Source of the DNA: Felis catus
Lineage: Eukaryota
Assembly: GCF_018350175.1 (NCBI RefSeq)
Contig: NC_058368.1
Coordinates: 70,248,001-70,312,000 of the forward strand
Reading direction: 5' to 3'
Length of the DNA stretch: 64,000 bases
Shown: positions 11,627 through 23,370 of the stretch, in pieces
Numbering within the stretch: the first letter of the stretch is position 1
How the letters are laid out: every line of letters begins with the position of its first letter
Made by a program: the position numbers and the translations under genes
The notes under the pieces: generated by a model
What the model was told of the DNA's origin: nothing
Seen by the model: the letters and a program-made list of their open reading frames with translations, nothing else
Databases searched by the model: none

Positions 11627-14324
11627 CTATAGACTGTAGGAAACTTTAAGATACTGGTAATTTTTAAAACTTCAAGGCAAAACAAAGGACAAACCGCTTT
11701 CTAAAACTGTTACTTTGCGGGGGGGAGTGGGGAACAAGACACATTTTGGAAAAACTACCATACCGCACTAGAGACAAAACAGTCAGGTCTAGTCCTGGTT
11801 AATAAAGCAGGCCTGCATTGTTCAGGGCTGCTAACAGCCTCCACCTCTCTTCCGTTTCTCCCCCAGAAAGAGGTATCTTCCTTGCCCTACATCTTACGGC
11901 ATCTCCACTACCTTTTCCACATAAAGTCAATTTACTGGATGCCGATAAAAAGGTCACACAATGAGTTTTTTCCAAAGAGAAAGGGGTTTGACTTTGTTCA
12001 CCTAAGTTTGCCCTTCTGTCCTCAAGTAAGTACTCACATAAAATGTTAGCTAACAGTTTAGATTAATAATAACAGAAGAGCTGGAGTGTTTCAGGGAATA
12101 GTACCCGCATCACATTTAGTCGAGCATGTTCCTCTAGATGTGTCCCTTTTTACTTTTGGAAATTCATTCAACTCATTTGGATATTGGCGGCTAAACCTTT
12201 GAGGGGGTTGGGGGCTGGGAGACTGAAGAAGAATCCCCAGATCCAGTCTCTCCTGGAGGGCCCTTTCCGCAACCCATTCTTTGCTACTACATTCCCCAAA
12301 GAATGACCAGGACGGTGCCAAAAAAAGAAAAAAGGAGGGGGTGGGGGCGTTATTGATACTATGTCAGAGATGGAATATAAAGAAAGCAAAACCACTCACG
12401 GTTGCCACCGGGGCATAGAACGCCCCCTCCCCCCCATGTGAGGGAGGCTGCAGTATAAGCCTGAGCCACAGTACAGCAAAGCCATATAATAATTAAACAT
12501 GCCAGAATAACAAGGCCATGATGGGCCCCAGGAGCACACGGCCTGTGGGAGAAAGTGCGGAGACGGTTTCAAAAGGCTTCTTGGAGGAGCTGGCTTGGGA
12601 GTCGGGACTCGAAGGGCACACAGGAATTTTCTGGCAGTGAAGCATGCCAGGTATAAAAGCGCCCTCAATGAGAGAACACAGAGCCTCGTCAGGATGCATT
12701 TTGGAAGGTGCGGAAGAGGAGGCCAGCAAGCAAGTTCGGGGCTGGCCGCCAAGAATCAGAGAAGCCATGCTTTGCCTTCTGTGCAAAGGAAAGTTAGCAA
12801 AGGAGTTTATCTGTGTTTTGGAAAGCGCAGTCTGGCAGCATGTTGGAGCACGGCTCAGAGCAAGGGAAGACTGAACGTGGTAAGCTGACCGGGGCAGTCT
12901 AGACAACCTTTGGAGATGAGCTGTCTGGAGGGCAGTCACAACTACTATCTCCATCTGATAGAAATGCAATCTTGATTTAGAAATGTCAAGTAGGTTTAAA
13001 CAACACAGGACCCAGGTCTCATGACTGAGTTCAGGGCTCTTTGCACCAATCACTTCTGCTTCTCCCTTGGTAGAGACAATTCTCCACAGCAAGGAGATCC
13101 CAAAACAGAACTGGGGCCCGGCTCCTCCCAGGGAACCTGGCAAAACCCTCAGAGATCCAATGGTAAGTGGCACATACTCGTCTGGAAAGTGAGCACTAAA
13201 AACTTCTAAAGCCTCAAAATGTTACTCTAAGAGACACTTGGGACTAGCTATATCACATTACAGAGATATTTCAGAACTGTAATTTCCAAGCTTTCTTGGT
13301 TCTAAAATTATACTCACAGTAATATGTCATCTGTAGGCCTGTCAGGCCTTTGTGAATCTCCTGCATAGTTCTCCGTGCTAACAACTCCAAATTCCACGGC
13401 CACCCTTCTTTCTTTCCATTTCACTCGTCTCACTCATTACGTTGGGTAGCAATCCAATATCCCCTGTTCTGCAGCTCCTATAACTCACAGTCCAACCAGT
13501 TTCGAATAAACTAAATGTAGAACTTGAAACTAAAACTCCAGGTCTTGACCTGACTCCGTCACAGGTTATTCTGAGATCAAAGCTAATAACCTGGAACCCT
13601 GGAGTTTTAGCCCCAGAAGACAACTATGAGATTATCTGCTACATGTTTCTCATTCTACAGAGGAGAAAACTATGAAAGCCAGGTCTGGGGCAGGGGATGG
13701 GGAGGGAAGCGTGATGATCAGCAGGGAAAAATATGTCTCTGGCCTCCACAGTGCCTTCTGTTAGGCCACCCATGCCACCTGCTACCTGTGACTAAGTCCA
13801 GCTGCCTTGTATTTAGCCATTACCTGTCAGCACACAGGGCAAAGAGCAGCCTCCTCTAAACACTACAGGGACCATAGTGCCCATCTTACTGGTCAGGGAA
13901 TAAGCATTTCAGGGTTACACGGGATCATGCTGTAAATTAATAAAAAAACAAATCTCGGGAAGGAAATAAGATGTCTCCAGACTCTTAGGTATTCGACTAA
14001 TCGAAATTTCTATATAACTTTCTGGGAAGGTGATAAAATGTGGCACCCAAAATAAGAGGGACTCCCAATACCAATTAATCCTATTTTGTTCATGTTTCCA
14101 GCTCTTTTGGGCACAGCCGTCCTTCTCTTCGTCCGCACCACTCAACCATTGTTGTTCTGTCACTTGTAAGCTCTTATTTCTCTAAAGATTTTTAAATTTT
14201 TTAAGGGCAAGGAGTTTTTGAACCTTTGTTTTTCATCTTTATACCAATGCTAAGCTTAAGTAAATATGTTCAGTTTTGTTAATGAATTGTATGTCAGTGT
14301 CCAGGTGTGAATTTTGAAAAACCT

Positions 14325-14565
14325 GACTGAAAGCCAAAAACCCTAGCTCTGCCGCTTCGTAAAGACGTAGACGTAACTTTCACCAAGTTACCCAACCTCT
14401 CTGTGCTTGGTGTCCTCATTTGTAAAAAAAAAAAAAAAAAAGCAAAAAACCCCACAATAATAGTACTTGCCTCCTAGAATTGTGAGAATTGAAATAATCT
14501 GTTTAACAGGCTTAAAACCATGCCTGGCACAGAGCAGAGCACTATATAAATATTTTTGTTATTAC
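14325..14565 (+). mobile_element. MIR
   Basis: caagttacccaacctctctgtgc..cctcatttgtaaaa core and cctggcacagag end. Confidence 0.8.
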
Positions 14566-15502
14566 TACAAAAAACAGAAGAAAGCAATTGGTATTACCTT
14601 GTCATAAAAAAACCAGTGATTGGCCATTCTGCCTCCATATTGATGAACAACATAAGAAGCAGGGTGGTTTTGCGTGTTCTAGATAAGCAAGAATCTCAGA
14701 AAGTAAGAGTGGCTGTGCTGTAATGGATAGTGACACGGTTGTAAAAACCCCTTCTCTGTGACAGTTTTCCATGCCTGCAAGGTTAGTCAATCCACCCCGC
14801 CCTTTCCAAGCATGCACGCTCCAAAGATTCCTTCCCCTACGGCACCGCAAAACATGTGGCATCTTCGGGGCCTCATTCATGCTAACTGTTCACCTGAACG
14901 GTCAGGGGCCCCTATGCCTTCTGTAAAACGGGGCTAGGCCTGCTTTGGACACTAAAAATTCGAGGACATGTCCTTCCTGGAGCTGATGATGATTTAAGTG
15001 CTGTCCGCCTAAGTGGAAAAGGATGGGTGAGATTAGCACTCACTGTGCCTAATAAATACCAGGTGAAAGCCCCTCATTAGCCAGACCTTGCTGCTTGGCG
15101 AAAGGAAGGCTGCTGGTAAGTGTAAGTCTGGCACATCTTAGGGCTTGTAAATGTGGGCTGAATGAAAAAATGAATAAACAAATCAAGGGGAAAACCAACA
15201 AGTGTAGTGAAGGCTTATGGCTCTGAATAAGTGAACGTTCCTGATTTCGTCATCTGGGAATACCTCACTACACAAAGCGTACAGAAACTTCTTTCCTTCA
15301 GCACTTGGTATTTTAAAAACAAACTACTTACAAAGTTTCACCAATGTAATTAATATCATTAATCATTTCTAAAGATGCCTAGAAGGTCGAAGGACTTCAT
15401 AAGCATAATTGAATTAACTCAGTTACAGCCATCTGAAGTTTTATAGGATCTGTACAACAACAAAATCATGGCCCATAACCTTCAACTTCAGCGTCTGTGT
15501 CT

Positions 15503-15708
15503 TTTTTTTTTTTTTAATGTTTATTTATTTCTGAGACAGAGAGCCTGAGCGGGGGAGGGGCAGAGAGAGAGGACGACACAATCCGAAGCAGGCTCCAGGC
15601 GCTGAGCTGTCAGCACAGAGCCCGACGTGGGGCTCGAACTCACAAACCGTGAGATCATGCCCTGAGCCGAAGTTGGTAGTTCAACCAACTGGGCCACCCA
15701 GGCGCCCC
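15503..15708 (-). mobile_element. Can-SINE (SINEC_Fc-like)
   Basis: Full-length. TSD gtctgtgtct. Confidence 0.93.
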
Positions 15709-16935
15709 CCGGGGTCTGTGTCTTAATTCACTCCTTTGGCTATTTCTAGAGTAAACAGAACTTCAGGGAGAGAGAAGGTTTTCCCAGGCAATACACCTAC
15801 TCATCCAGCCAGAAGCTGGGCCTCCTGCCCTCAGGGTTTCTCAAGCAGTCAGCTAATCATGTGTTTATTCAGGTATCAGAAGTGAGAACTCAGGCTGGGT
15901 TTTGAATACCTGAAGAGCCCAGAAAAAATAACACAGAGAAAAGCTGTCTCCAAGAAGACATGTTTCAGAAAATACTTCATGAGTATGGCTAACACATGAA
16001 AATTCAGCTCTTCTTCATCTTCACATCTTTCAACCTCCCCAAGTCCCCAAATAAGACCTGTGCTGCAGTCCTCCGATGCCTCTCGAAAGTAACCCAGCAA
16101 AAGGGCACCACAAACGACATACCCCGGCCACTTCTGACTCTGATGCCACATCCTGTTCCTCTAAATTACTGAGCAGTAACAATGAGAATAAATTAGTTCC
16201 AGGAATTTAGAGTTGGGAGGGGGTGGGTGGGCAAAAATACGTATTCAAATGGAAGCAGGGTAACTAACCTGCCGACGTCAAGAACATCCTGATTGCTCCC
16301 CTGTTAGCCATTCACACAGCCCACGAAGTCATTTTCCAATGGGGTTGGCAGTGAGCCTGCTCAGGCGTGGAGAAGTTTCACCAGGCGCTGCCTCCCCCGC
16401 TTACTGTCCCAATGAGGGGACGAGGCCCGCTTATGAAGGTGTCTGGAAGTTGAACCTTGCAGCATCGGAAACTTCATAACGTCCAATGCTTCTCTAAGAA
16501 GCACCGGCTTTACCTAGCACCGAACAAGCAGCGACACTGCTAAGGGAGCCCTTAACTGCTGCCCTGGCAGAGGAGAAACAAACATTATTGCCAAAGAAAA
16601 GCAGCAAGAGGACACTTCTGATAGAAGTTTTACAGAACAAATACTGTAAGACATATTTATAGTCAGCCCGCAAAGTCATTTTTCAATGACTGTACCTTGT
16701 ACTAATTGCAAAGAATTGGAAACAAGTAACCATCAAATTATGATACTGCTATAGAACTGAGTACCATACAGCCATTAATAATGACATAAATCTATAGATG
16801 GTGACAAATGTGTTTTTGATATGTTCTGGGAGAATATTAATGCAGAAATCTATAGTATAGTACATTTTCGAAACACACATACCACAATGTTATATTTTTA
16901 TACACACAGAAGAAAGTCTGAAAGTATATACACCA

Positions 16936-17047
16936 GGGGCACCTGGCTGGCTCAGTCAGTAGAGCATGTGATACTTGATTTCAGGGTCGTGAGTTCAAGC
17001 CCCATGTTGGGTGTAAAGATTACTAAAAAAATAGACAAAACAAAAAA
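16936..17047 (+). mobile_element. Short, older Can-SINE lacking the CT tract, within a probable old L1 remnant
   Basis: tRNA-like head then gattact and A tail. TSD gaaagtRtataMacca. Confidence 0.85.
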
Positions 17048-17782
17048 GAAAGTGTATAAACCAAATAATTAATTTGGGGCACTTTTGGAGTAAAGGTAAG
17101 GGCACTTTGTTTTTCCCTATTTCTACACTATATTTCTTATTACATGCATTAATTGATTTTGTGCCTTCTAAATTAGGTAACATTTTCCCCAAGGACTGAT
17201 TGTATACATAACTAAAATCGGCAAAAGTTGATTTCAAAATGCTATGCCTGGGATAAAGTAAGTTACTTACATTTAAACGTTACAAATGTATTCTCACCAA
17301 GTACGTGGGCTACTAACATAATAATGCAGAACAACAGCGCTACAACAAATAGATCTCATGACTGTGCTGGCATACTTTTTAAAAAACATCTTGAAAAAAG
17401 GCTGTATTCCAAGCAGTTTATTGAATTTTCATTTGCAGTGAGCAGCGATAATCACAAGTAAGAAGATCTGCCCTGGGCAAAGGCTTAAATATCCTTGCCT
17501 CTCTTATCCTATGTTAGCTCTTTTTATCTTGCTCACGCAGTGGAAGAAGAGAAAAAAACCACTATCAGATAAGAAACAGTTCCTTGTTGTATCACTGTTG
17601 CCTTCACCTTTACCTCACATCTCTCTGCAAGTGCACAGAGCCCAAGCTCCCCATGCTGCCAGCAGCTTCTGGGCCCACCAGGAGCAGCCTGCACACCCTT
17701 TACAGTAGAAAAAGAACTCCCAGTGTAACTGCCTGGGGTGAGATTGACATAAACAAGTAACTGGCCTAGAAAGAGAAGGAAG

Positions 17783-18095
17783 TTTTTTATTAAGTAATCC
17801 CTACGCCCACCGTAGGGTTCCCACTCAGGACGCCAAGATCAAGAGCCACATGCTCAGGACGCCGGGTGGCTCAGTCAGTTAAGCATCCAACTTCGGCTCA
17901 GGTCATGATCTCTCAGTTAAAGAGTCCAAGCCCCATGTCAGGCTCTGGGCCGACAGCTCGGAGCCTGGAGCCTGCTTCAGATTCTGTGTCTCCCTCTCTC
18001 TCTGCCCCTCAGTCCCCTTCTAAAAATAAATAAACATTAAAAAAAAAAAAAAAAAGAGCCACATACTCTTTCCACTGAGCCAGCCAGGTGATCCG
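17783..18095 (-). mobile_element. Short, older Can-SINE acting as host to a nested SINE
   Basis: Halves rejoin across duplicated aagagccacatRctc (17841-17855 and 18054-18068). Confidence 0.8.
17856..18053 (+). mobile_element. Can-SINE nested in an older SINE
   Basis: Full-length with long A tail and 15-bp TSD. Confidence 0.92.
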
Positions 18096-19349
18096 AGAAG
18101 GAAATATTTTAAAAATCACTTGTCTGATTAAAAAAAAAAAAAAAATCACACAGCGTCTTTCTATAGTGTATTTAAGCCTCTGGATAAATATTTCTACACA
18201 TCTGGAGAAACACTGACAAAAGACTTTTAAGAATATTCACAAGGGAACCCAAACCACACCACTTCCTCCAAGAAATCATAAGCTACATCAGCTAGGAGCT
18301 TTAACCAGTTAAATATATCCAGCATGGAAGGGGCTCAAGCTGCTCAATAGATAAATGAACTATTGTGCTGGCAGAAAGAAATCCAAGATAATGAGTAACA
18401 TCTCTAAACAATATACCAGGGGGAAGAAAACTAAATCCCTCGGATGAAAATCTACAGTGAAAAAGCTCATCATATCTACTGACTTTCTCAGTTCATAGTT
18501 AGCAGTATAATTTTCAAAGCCAACAGTATAAGGCAGCCTCACAGTTCACCGAGGAAAACAATTTAATTCAAATCCAACCCATTACAGGGAAGGTTAAGTT
18601 CAGATTACTAAAGACACTAATTGAAAATTAAGTTAATTAACTATAGCAATCGAACCTCTGTTAAAAAAAAAATAACTATATAAAATCATTAAGTACTTGT
18701 TTAACAATCCCTTTAACAGGTCATTTGAAAGGCTCAATTGTCCCCTCTGCAGTGCATGCTGGTGGTTTTTTGCAGTTTGCTTAAAAAATTATGTGCCTTT
18801 ATTGTACTAAAGAAATTCCGAGAGGGAAGCACAGCCTACTCATTGATGATAACAACACAACCATTTTTCACATTCCTGCCTTACACAGTCTACCCAGAGC
18901 GCTTTGAATTTATCCCAACTACCCGGAGTTTAGCTAATGATAAGAACGAACAGAAACTTTTCCAGCAATTGGTTCAAAGTTTAGGTTATTTCTTACTTTG
19001 TTCAAGGCTACCCTATTAAAATGCGTGACTGAGAACGCATGTGACTTCATTATGTTCCTTAAACCACCACCCCCATGTCATCTTAATTTTCACAACCATA
19101 TAAATACATAATGTAAACACGTTTTCACTTTGCAAAGGACTTCTTTGCCAACCCTGTGGAAAGCATTTGCAATGCGCCTCCCTGGGTTTATGTTTGGCCA
19201 CGCTGCTGCTAGGTGGGACATAATTTTGAACAATACAAAGTTGTTCTATACAAAGCAGCCTCCTGGAAACCACATTCGCCCAGAAAATGTCAACATTATC
19301 TTTCCTCCCAAAGAAAAATCAAAGTGCAACCAAAGTGAATCTGCAGAAG

Positions 19350-19950
19350 GAAGGAGGGAGTTCGCGAGAGACAGGCAGAACAGAGCAAGTTTTAAAACCA
19401 GAGTGCCAGAAGGCAGTGGGTGCGCACCCACGGGGAAAGCACCCGGTGGAGACGACAACAGACGACCCCTCTCACCAGCACTGGCCCTGGGCTCTCCGCT
19501 TCCACTTCGCCGGGAGCCGCATCCTTGCGCTGCAGGGGGGATTCAATCACCAGCTCCTTTTTGACGCTTCGAGTGCTTGTCCTGCATTTATCAGCCTGCA
19601 TTCTCGGCTGGAAACGCAAATCAGACAGTCTGCAACCGGGACAGCTGCGAGTCCCTGGCAGTGCGAGGCACACGCATGCCACCGGCCCGAGGAAGGAAAG
19701 GAAGCTGGCTTCCCGAGCGCAGTGGTCAGCCGGCTGGCTGGGTCGGCAGGGCCCGCGGGGGTAGGAGGGCAGGCCAGCGAGGGCCGGCCCCCAGGGCTGT
19801 TACTACTGCTCAGAAAATGGGAGGTTCCCACACGCCGGCCGCAGGAAAACAAACCCGAACTGTACAACACACAGTGTGCTGCCTCTCTGATAAAGACCGG
19901 CCTCATTGTGTCGGTTCCGCACGGCGTGGGCCACATGGAGCCGAATCAAA
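19350..19950 (-). promoter_or_regulatory. CpG-rich putative internal promoter and 5' UTR for the DOCK9 MQADK exon
   Basis: Visibly high GC and CpG density compared with CpG-depleted flanks. No recognisable repeats over about 18100-21100. Surrounds a first coding exon. No TATA box seen. Confidence 0.7.
19476..19601 (-). CDS. DOCK9: DOCK9 alternative first coding exon (proximal), 42 codons MQADKCRTSTRSVKKELVIESPLQRKDAAPGEVEAESPGPVL
   Basis: ATG at 19601, phase-0 donor CTG|gtgaga at 19475. Peptide recognised as the DOCK9/Zizimin-1 MQADKCRTS...ELVIESPLQ...EVEAESPGP N-terminus. Lies within ORF 19392..19682(-) and a CpG-rich patch. Confidence 0.93.
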
Positions 19951-21147
19951 ACAGTGCAGTGTTTAAAAGAAAATAAGTCACAGTTAGACTCTTTCATGAT
20001 TACTTCAAATCTGAAGCTCCTGGAGTTGAAGATACAGCTAGGTTGTCTGGGCGTTCTAAAATTCCTGTCGTTTCTGGATGCTTTCCTTCACGGTTAGGGC
20101 TAAACACCAAACGCTTGGCTGAGGACCAAAACAGGGAAGGGCAAAGAGTGAGCGGTTCCCATAACCTGCATGTGTAGGTGTGCAGGTGTAAGGAAAGAGT
20201 TTCCCCCGCAAGATAGACCTCAGCACGTGAAACTTAATTTATCTGTTTTATGTCACAAAGACGAGGTCATCAAACAGTTTCATGGGACGCTACATATCAT
20301 GGTAAATGCTTTTATTAAACAGAATATTACTTTAAATCAACAGGTGCATGGGTAATGAGCCCAGGATTGGAAACTGAGAGGATCACAGTAAAAATATAAG
20401 GCAGGGTCTCTCCCTTCAAGGAAAGTCAGAACTAGTTGGGAAGGCAAGGTGAATACACATCATATATGACAGATTAATATAATTAATACAGAGTTACACA
20501 AAAGCACAGGAGAGTAGCTGGGTCACCATCCCATGCTTCAATGGTGACAGCATCCAAAATGTGTTTTCCCAAAGCCTGCTATTTCTTCACATTATTAGTG
20601 GAATAATTTTTTAATCATTTAAAAATGTAAAGGAAAAACCAAAACAGAAGTCTTAAGGAATTTATTTAAAAATTACACGGAAAATGAGCGTTAAAATGGG
20701 ATTGATACTAATCTGCACATCTTGGGATCCTGCAAAACTTCTCCCAGTTAGTTACTCTGCTTATTTCCTTGAAATCAGAGGATTTAGTAACAGTAGATAA
20801 TAGAAGTAGTAGTAATAATAAGTAAACAATGGAACTAAGTGTTATTTAGCAAAAATAGGTGCCATAAGGTATACTACCCAAGGAAATGCATAAACTATCA
20901 TAAAAGATACAGGTACAAGGCTCCTGCTTTCCAGGCAAAGTATTTGAGGCAGGAAGGGCTCAGAGGGGCATCACCAGAGCCAAGACGGTGCTCTACGCCC
21001 CCGTGTCCTCTTTTTTTCCCACCATGGCCTGGCGAGCCACGCCAGTCTATATCACTCAAACACCAGGAATCCTGAGTGTGAACATTAACTGTGTAATCAG
21101 TCACAAGGGTTCAACTAGTCCATTAAAAAATTAAGTTTCTACAATTA

Positions 21148-21221
21148 TTTTTTTTTATATTTTATTTTAGAGAGAGAGCATGGGTAGGGGAGGGGGCAGA
21201 GGGAGGGAGGGAGGGAGAGGA

Positions 21222-21252
<31 letters not shown>

Positions 21253-21383
21253 CAGAGAATCCCAAACAGGCTTCATGCTCAGCGCAGAGCCCAACTTGGG
21301 GCACAATCTCATGATCCTGGTATTGTGACCCGAACCAAAATCAAGAGTTGAACGCTCAACTGACTGAGCCACCCAGGCTCCCC
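21148..21383 (-). mobile_element. Can-SINE
   Basis: Full-length with long GA tract. TSD ctacaatWatttttt. Confidence 0.92.
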
Positions 21384-21821
21384 TACAATAATTTTTTTAA
21401 CTACTCCATTTCTCAACCTTGGCTAATCTTTCAGGGTAAATATACACCCACTTGCCAAATCTAGGTTCCAAAATAATATGATATATGAATTTTAAAACTC
21501 TATCTTCATAAAGTTACAAGAGCACAAAAAAAAAAACACCCAAAACACAGAGCTTCAGTTACATAAATACAGAATTAAAGTAGCAGTTAAATAAAAACTT
21601 ATAAATGTCCTATAAATCGGAAGAGGCAAGAAAGTCTGAAGCCACTGAGTCTCAGTTAAGTACAGCATAACCAACAACTTGAGCAACTTTTTTAATTGGC
21701 TTGAGAGGTTGTAAATAGCCCTTATTCTTCCTCAATTCCCCATCTTCCTTAATTCACTGGCAGATCAGGACTTTGAGAGAAATGCTACCCTGTGTATTTA
21801 GTTAAAATACTCTGACATTCT

Positions 21822-22280
21822 GGGTGTCTGGGTGGCTCAGCGGGTTGAATGTCCGACTTCAGCTCAGGTCATGATCTCACAGATCATGAGTTCCAGCCCC
21901 GCATCGGGCCCTGTGCTCACAGCACAGGGCCTGGAGCCTGCTTTGGATCCTCTGTCCCTGCCCCACCCCCACTCATGTGAGCACATGTGTTCTGTCTTCT
22001 CCCTCCCTCTCTCAAAAATGAATAAACATTAGGGGCGCCTGGGTGGCGCAGTCGGTTAAGCGTCCGACTTCAGCCAGGTCACGATCTCGCGGTCCGTGAG
22101 TTCGAGCCCCGCATCAGGCTCTGGGTTGATGGCTCAGAGCCTGGAGCCTGTTTCTGATTCTGTGTCTCCCTCTCTCTCTGCCCCTCCCCCGTTCATGCTC
22201 TGTCTCTCTCTGTCCCAAAAAATGAATAAACATTGAAAAAAAAATTAAAAAAAAAAAAATGAATAAACATTAAAAAAAAA
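21822..22280 (+). mobile_element. Can-SINE with a young SINEC_Fc (22032 to about 22254) inserted in its tail
   Basis: Outer TSD aaaatactctgacattctg. Inner TSD aaaaatgaataaacatta. Confidence 0.93.
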
Positions 22281-22854
22281 ATACTCTGACATTCTGTAAG
22301 TAATGAATAGGAACTTAAAAGGTTATTTGTTGTATGAACACTACAAGTGTCCAGCATGGATAATTTAAGTAATCTTTGTAACAACCAAGCAGGTAACATG
22401 ATTATCCCCATTTTACAGATGCAGAAACTGATGTACAGAGGGGTTCCACATGTGCAGAAGGTGCTACAGTGAACGGGGGCAATATGGACCCAGTGTACAC
22501 ACTCTTAACCAAGATACTATGAACCAATTGTCTATTCCAATTATGCCAACTGTTAAAAAGCAAAATATGGAAAAGCTACTGATCAGCAATTAAAGATAAA
22601 GGCAGCATCTGGGTTTAGTTCCATCAAGGTAATGTAGTGAAGAGGTAAAAAGGTAAAAATGGCATGGCACAGTGCCAGGTACATAGTAGGTATTCATTTA
22701 ATGGTAATTACTGTTATTGTTGTTATTCCCAGCTGAAGAAGTTAGCCTTCATCTTAAATTCAGGGCTTTGGCTATGTGATCTAAAATGACAGTTTCGCCA
22801 ACCATATTGTGACAATACATTACAAAGTGCTTCAATTTAAAATCAATTGCTCTT

Positions 22855-23070
22855 GGGATGCCTGGGTGGCTCAGTCGGTTAAGTGTCCGACTTCGTCTCA
22901 GGTCATGCTCTCGCAGTTCATGAGTTCCAGCCCCACATTAGGCTCTGTGCTGACAGCTCAGAGCCTGGAGCCTGCTTCCGATTCTGTGTCTCCTTCTGTC
23001 TCTGCCCCTCCCCGACTTGTGCTCTATCTCTGTCTCTCTCTCTCAAAAATAATAAATAAACATTAAAAAG
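22855..23070 (+). mobile_element. Can-SINE
   Basis: Full-length, followed by an AT-rich tail-derived stretch. Confidence 0.93.
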
Positions 23071-23174
23071 TCTTTTAAAATTTTTTTAATTTAACTAATT
23101 AAGGTAAATAATTAATTAAATTAAATTTTAATTAAAATTTGTTAATTAAAACATTTTTTGAATCAACTGCTCTT

Positions 23175-23370
23175 GGGGTGCCTAGGCAGCTCAGTCAGTT
23201 GAGCATCTGACTTCCGCTCAGGTCATGATCTCGCAGTTCACGAGTTCAACCCCATATTGGGCTTGTTGCTGTCAGCGCAGAGCCCACTTTGGATCCTCTG
23301 TCCACCCCCACCCCCCCACTGTCACTCTCTCTTTCAAAAATAAATAAACATTTTTTTTAAAAATTAATAA
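23175..23370 (+). mobile_element. Can-SINE
   Basis: Head, CT tract and tail. Shares its target sequence with the previous copy. Confidence 0.9.

Larger units (their letters stand above)
1..19475 (-). other. DOCK9: DOCK9 intron downstream of the MQADK exon, continuing beyond the window start
   Basis: Follows the GT donor. No sequence encoding AKPKLIEPLDYE was found in the window. Confidence 0.75.

Noticed and set aside
12493..13173. 226-aa minus-strand ORF
   Set aside because: Non-ATG start, no recognisable domain or matching splice structure.
16936..17030. tRNA gene
   Set aside because: The tRNA-like sequence is a Can-SINE head with A tail and TSD. The same applies to the other short copies.
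19602..19682. Apparent N-terminal extension MACVCLALPG... of the MQADK exon
   Set aside because: The codon at 19682 is GTG, not ATG. The recognised protein starts at 19601.
19130..19976. Plus-strand ORFs of 114-229 aa over the CpG patch
   Set aside because: Expected stop-codon scarcity in GC-rich DNA antisense to the real exon. No recognisable product.
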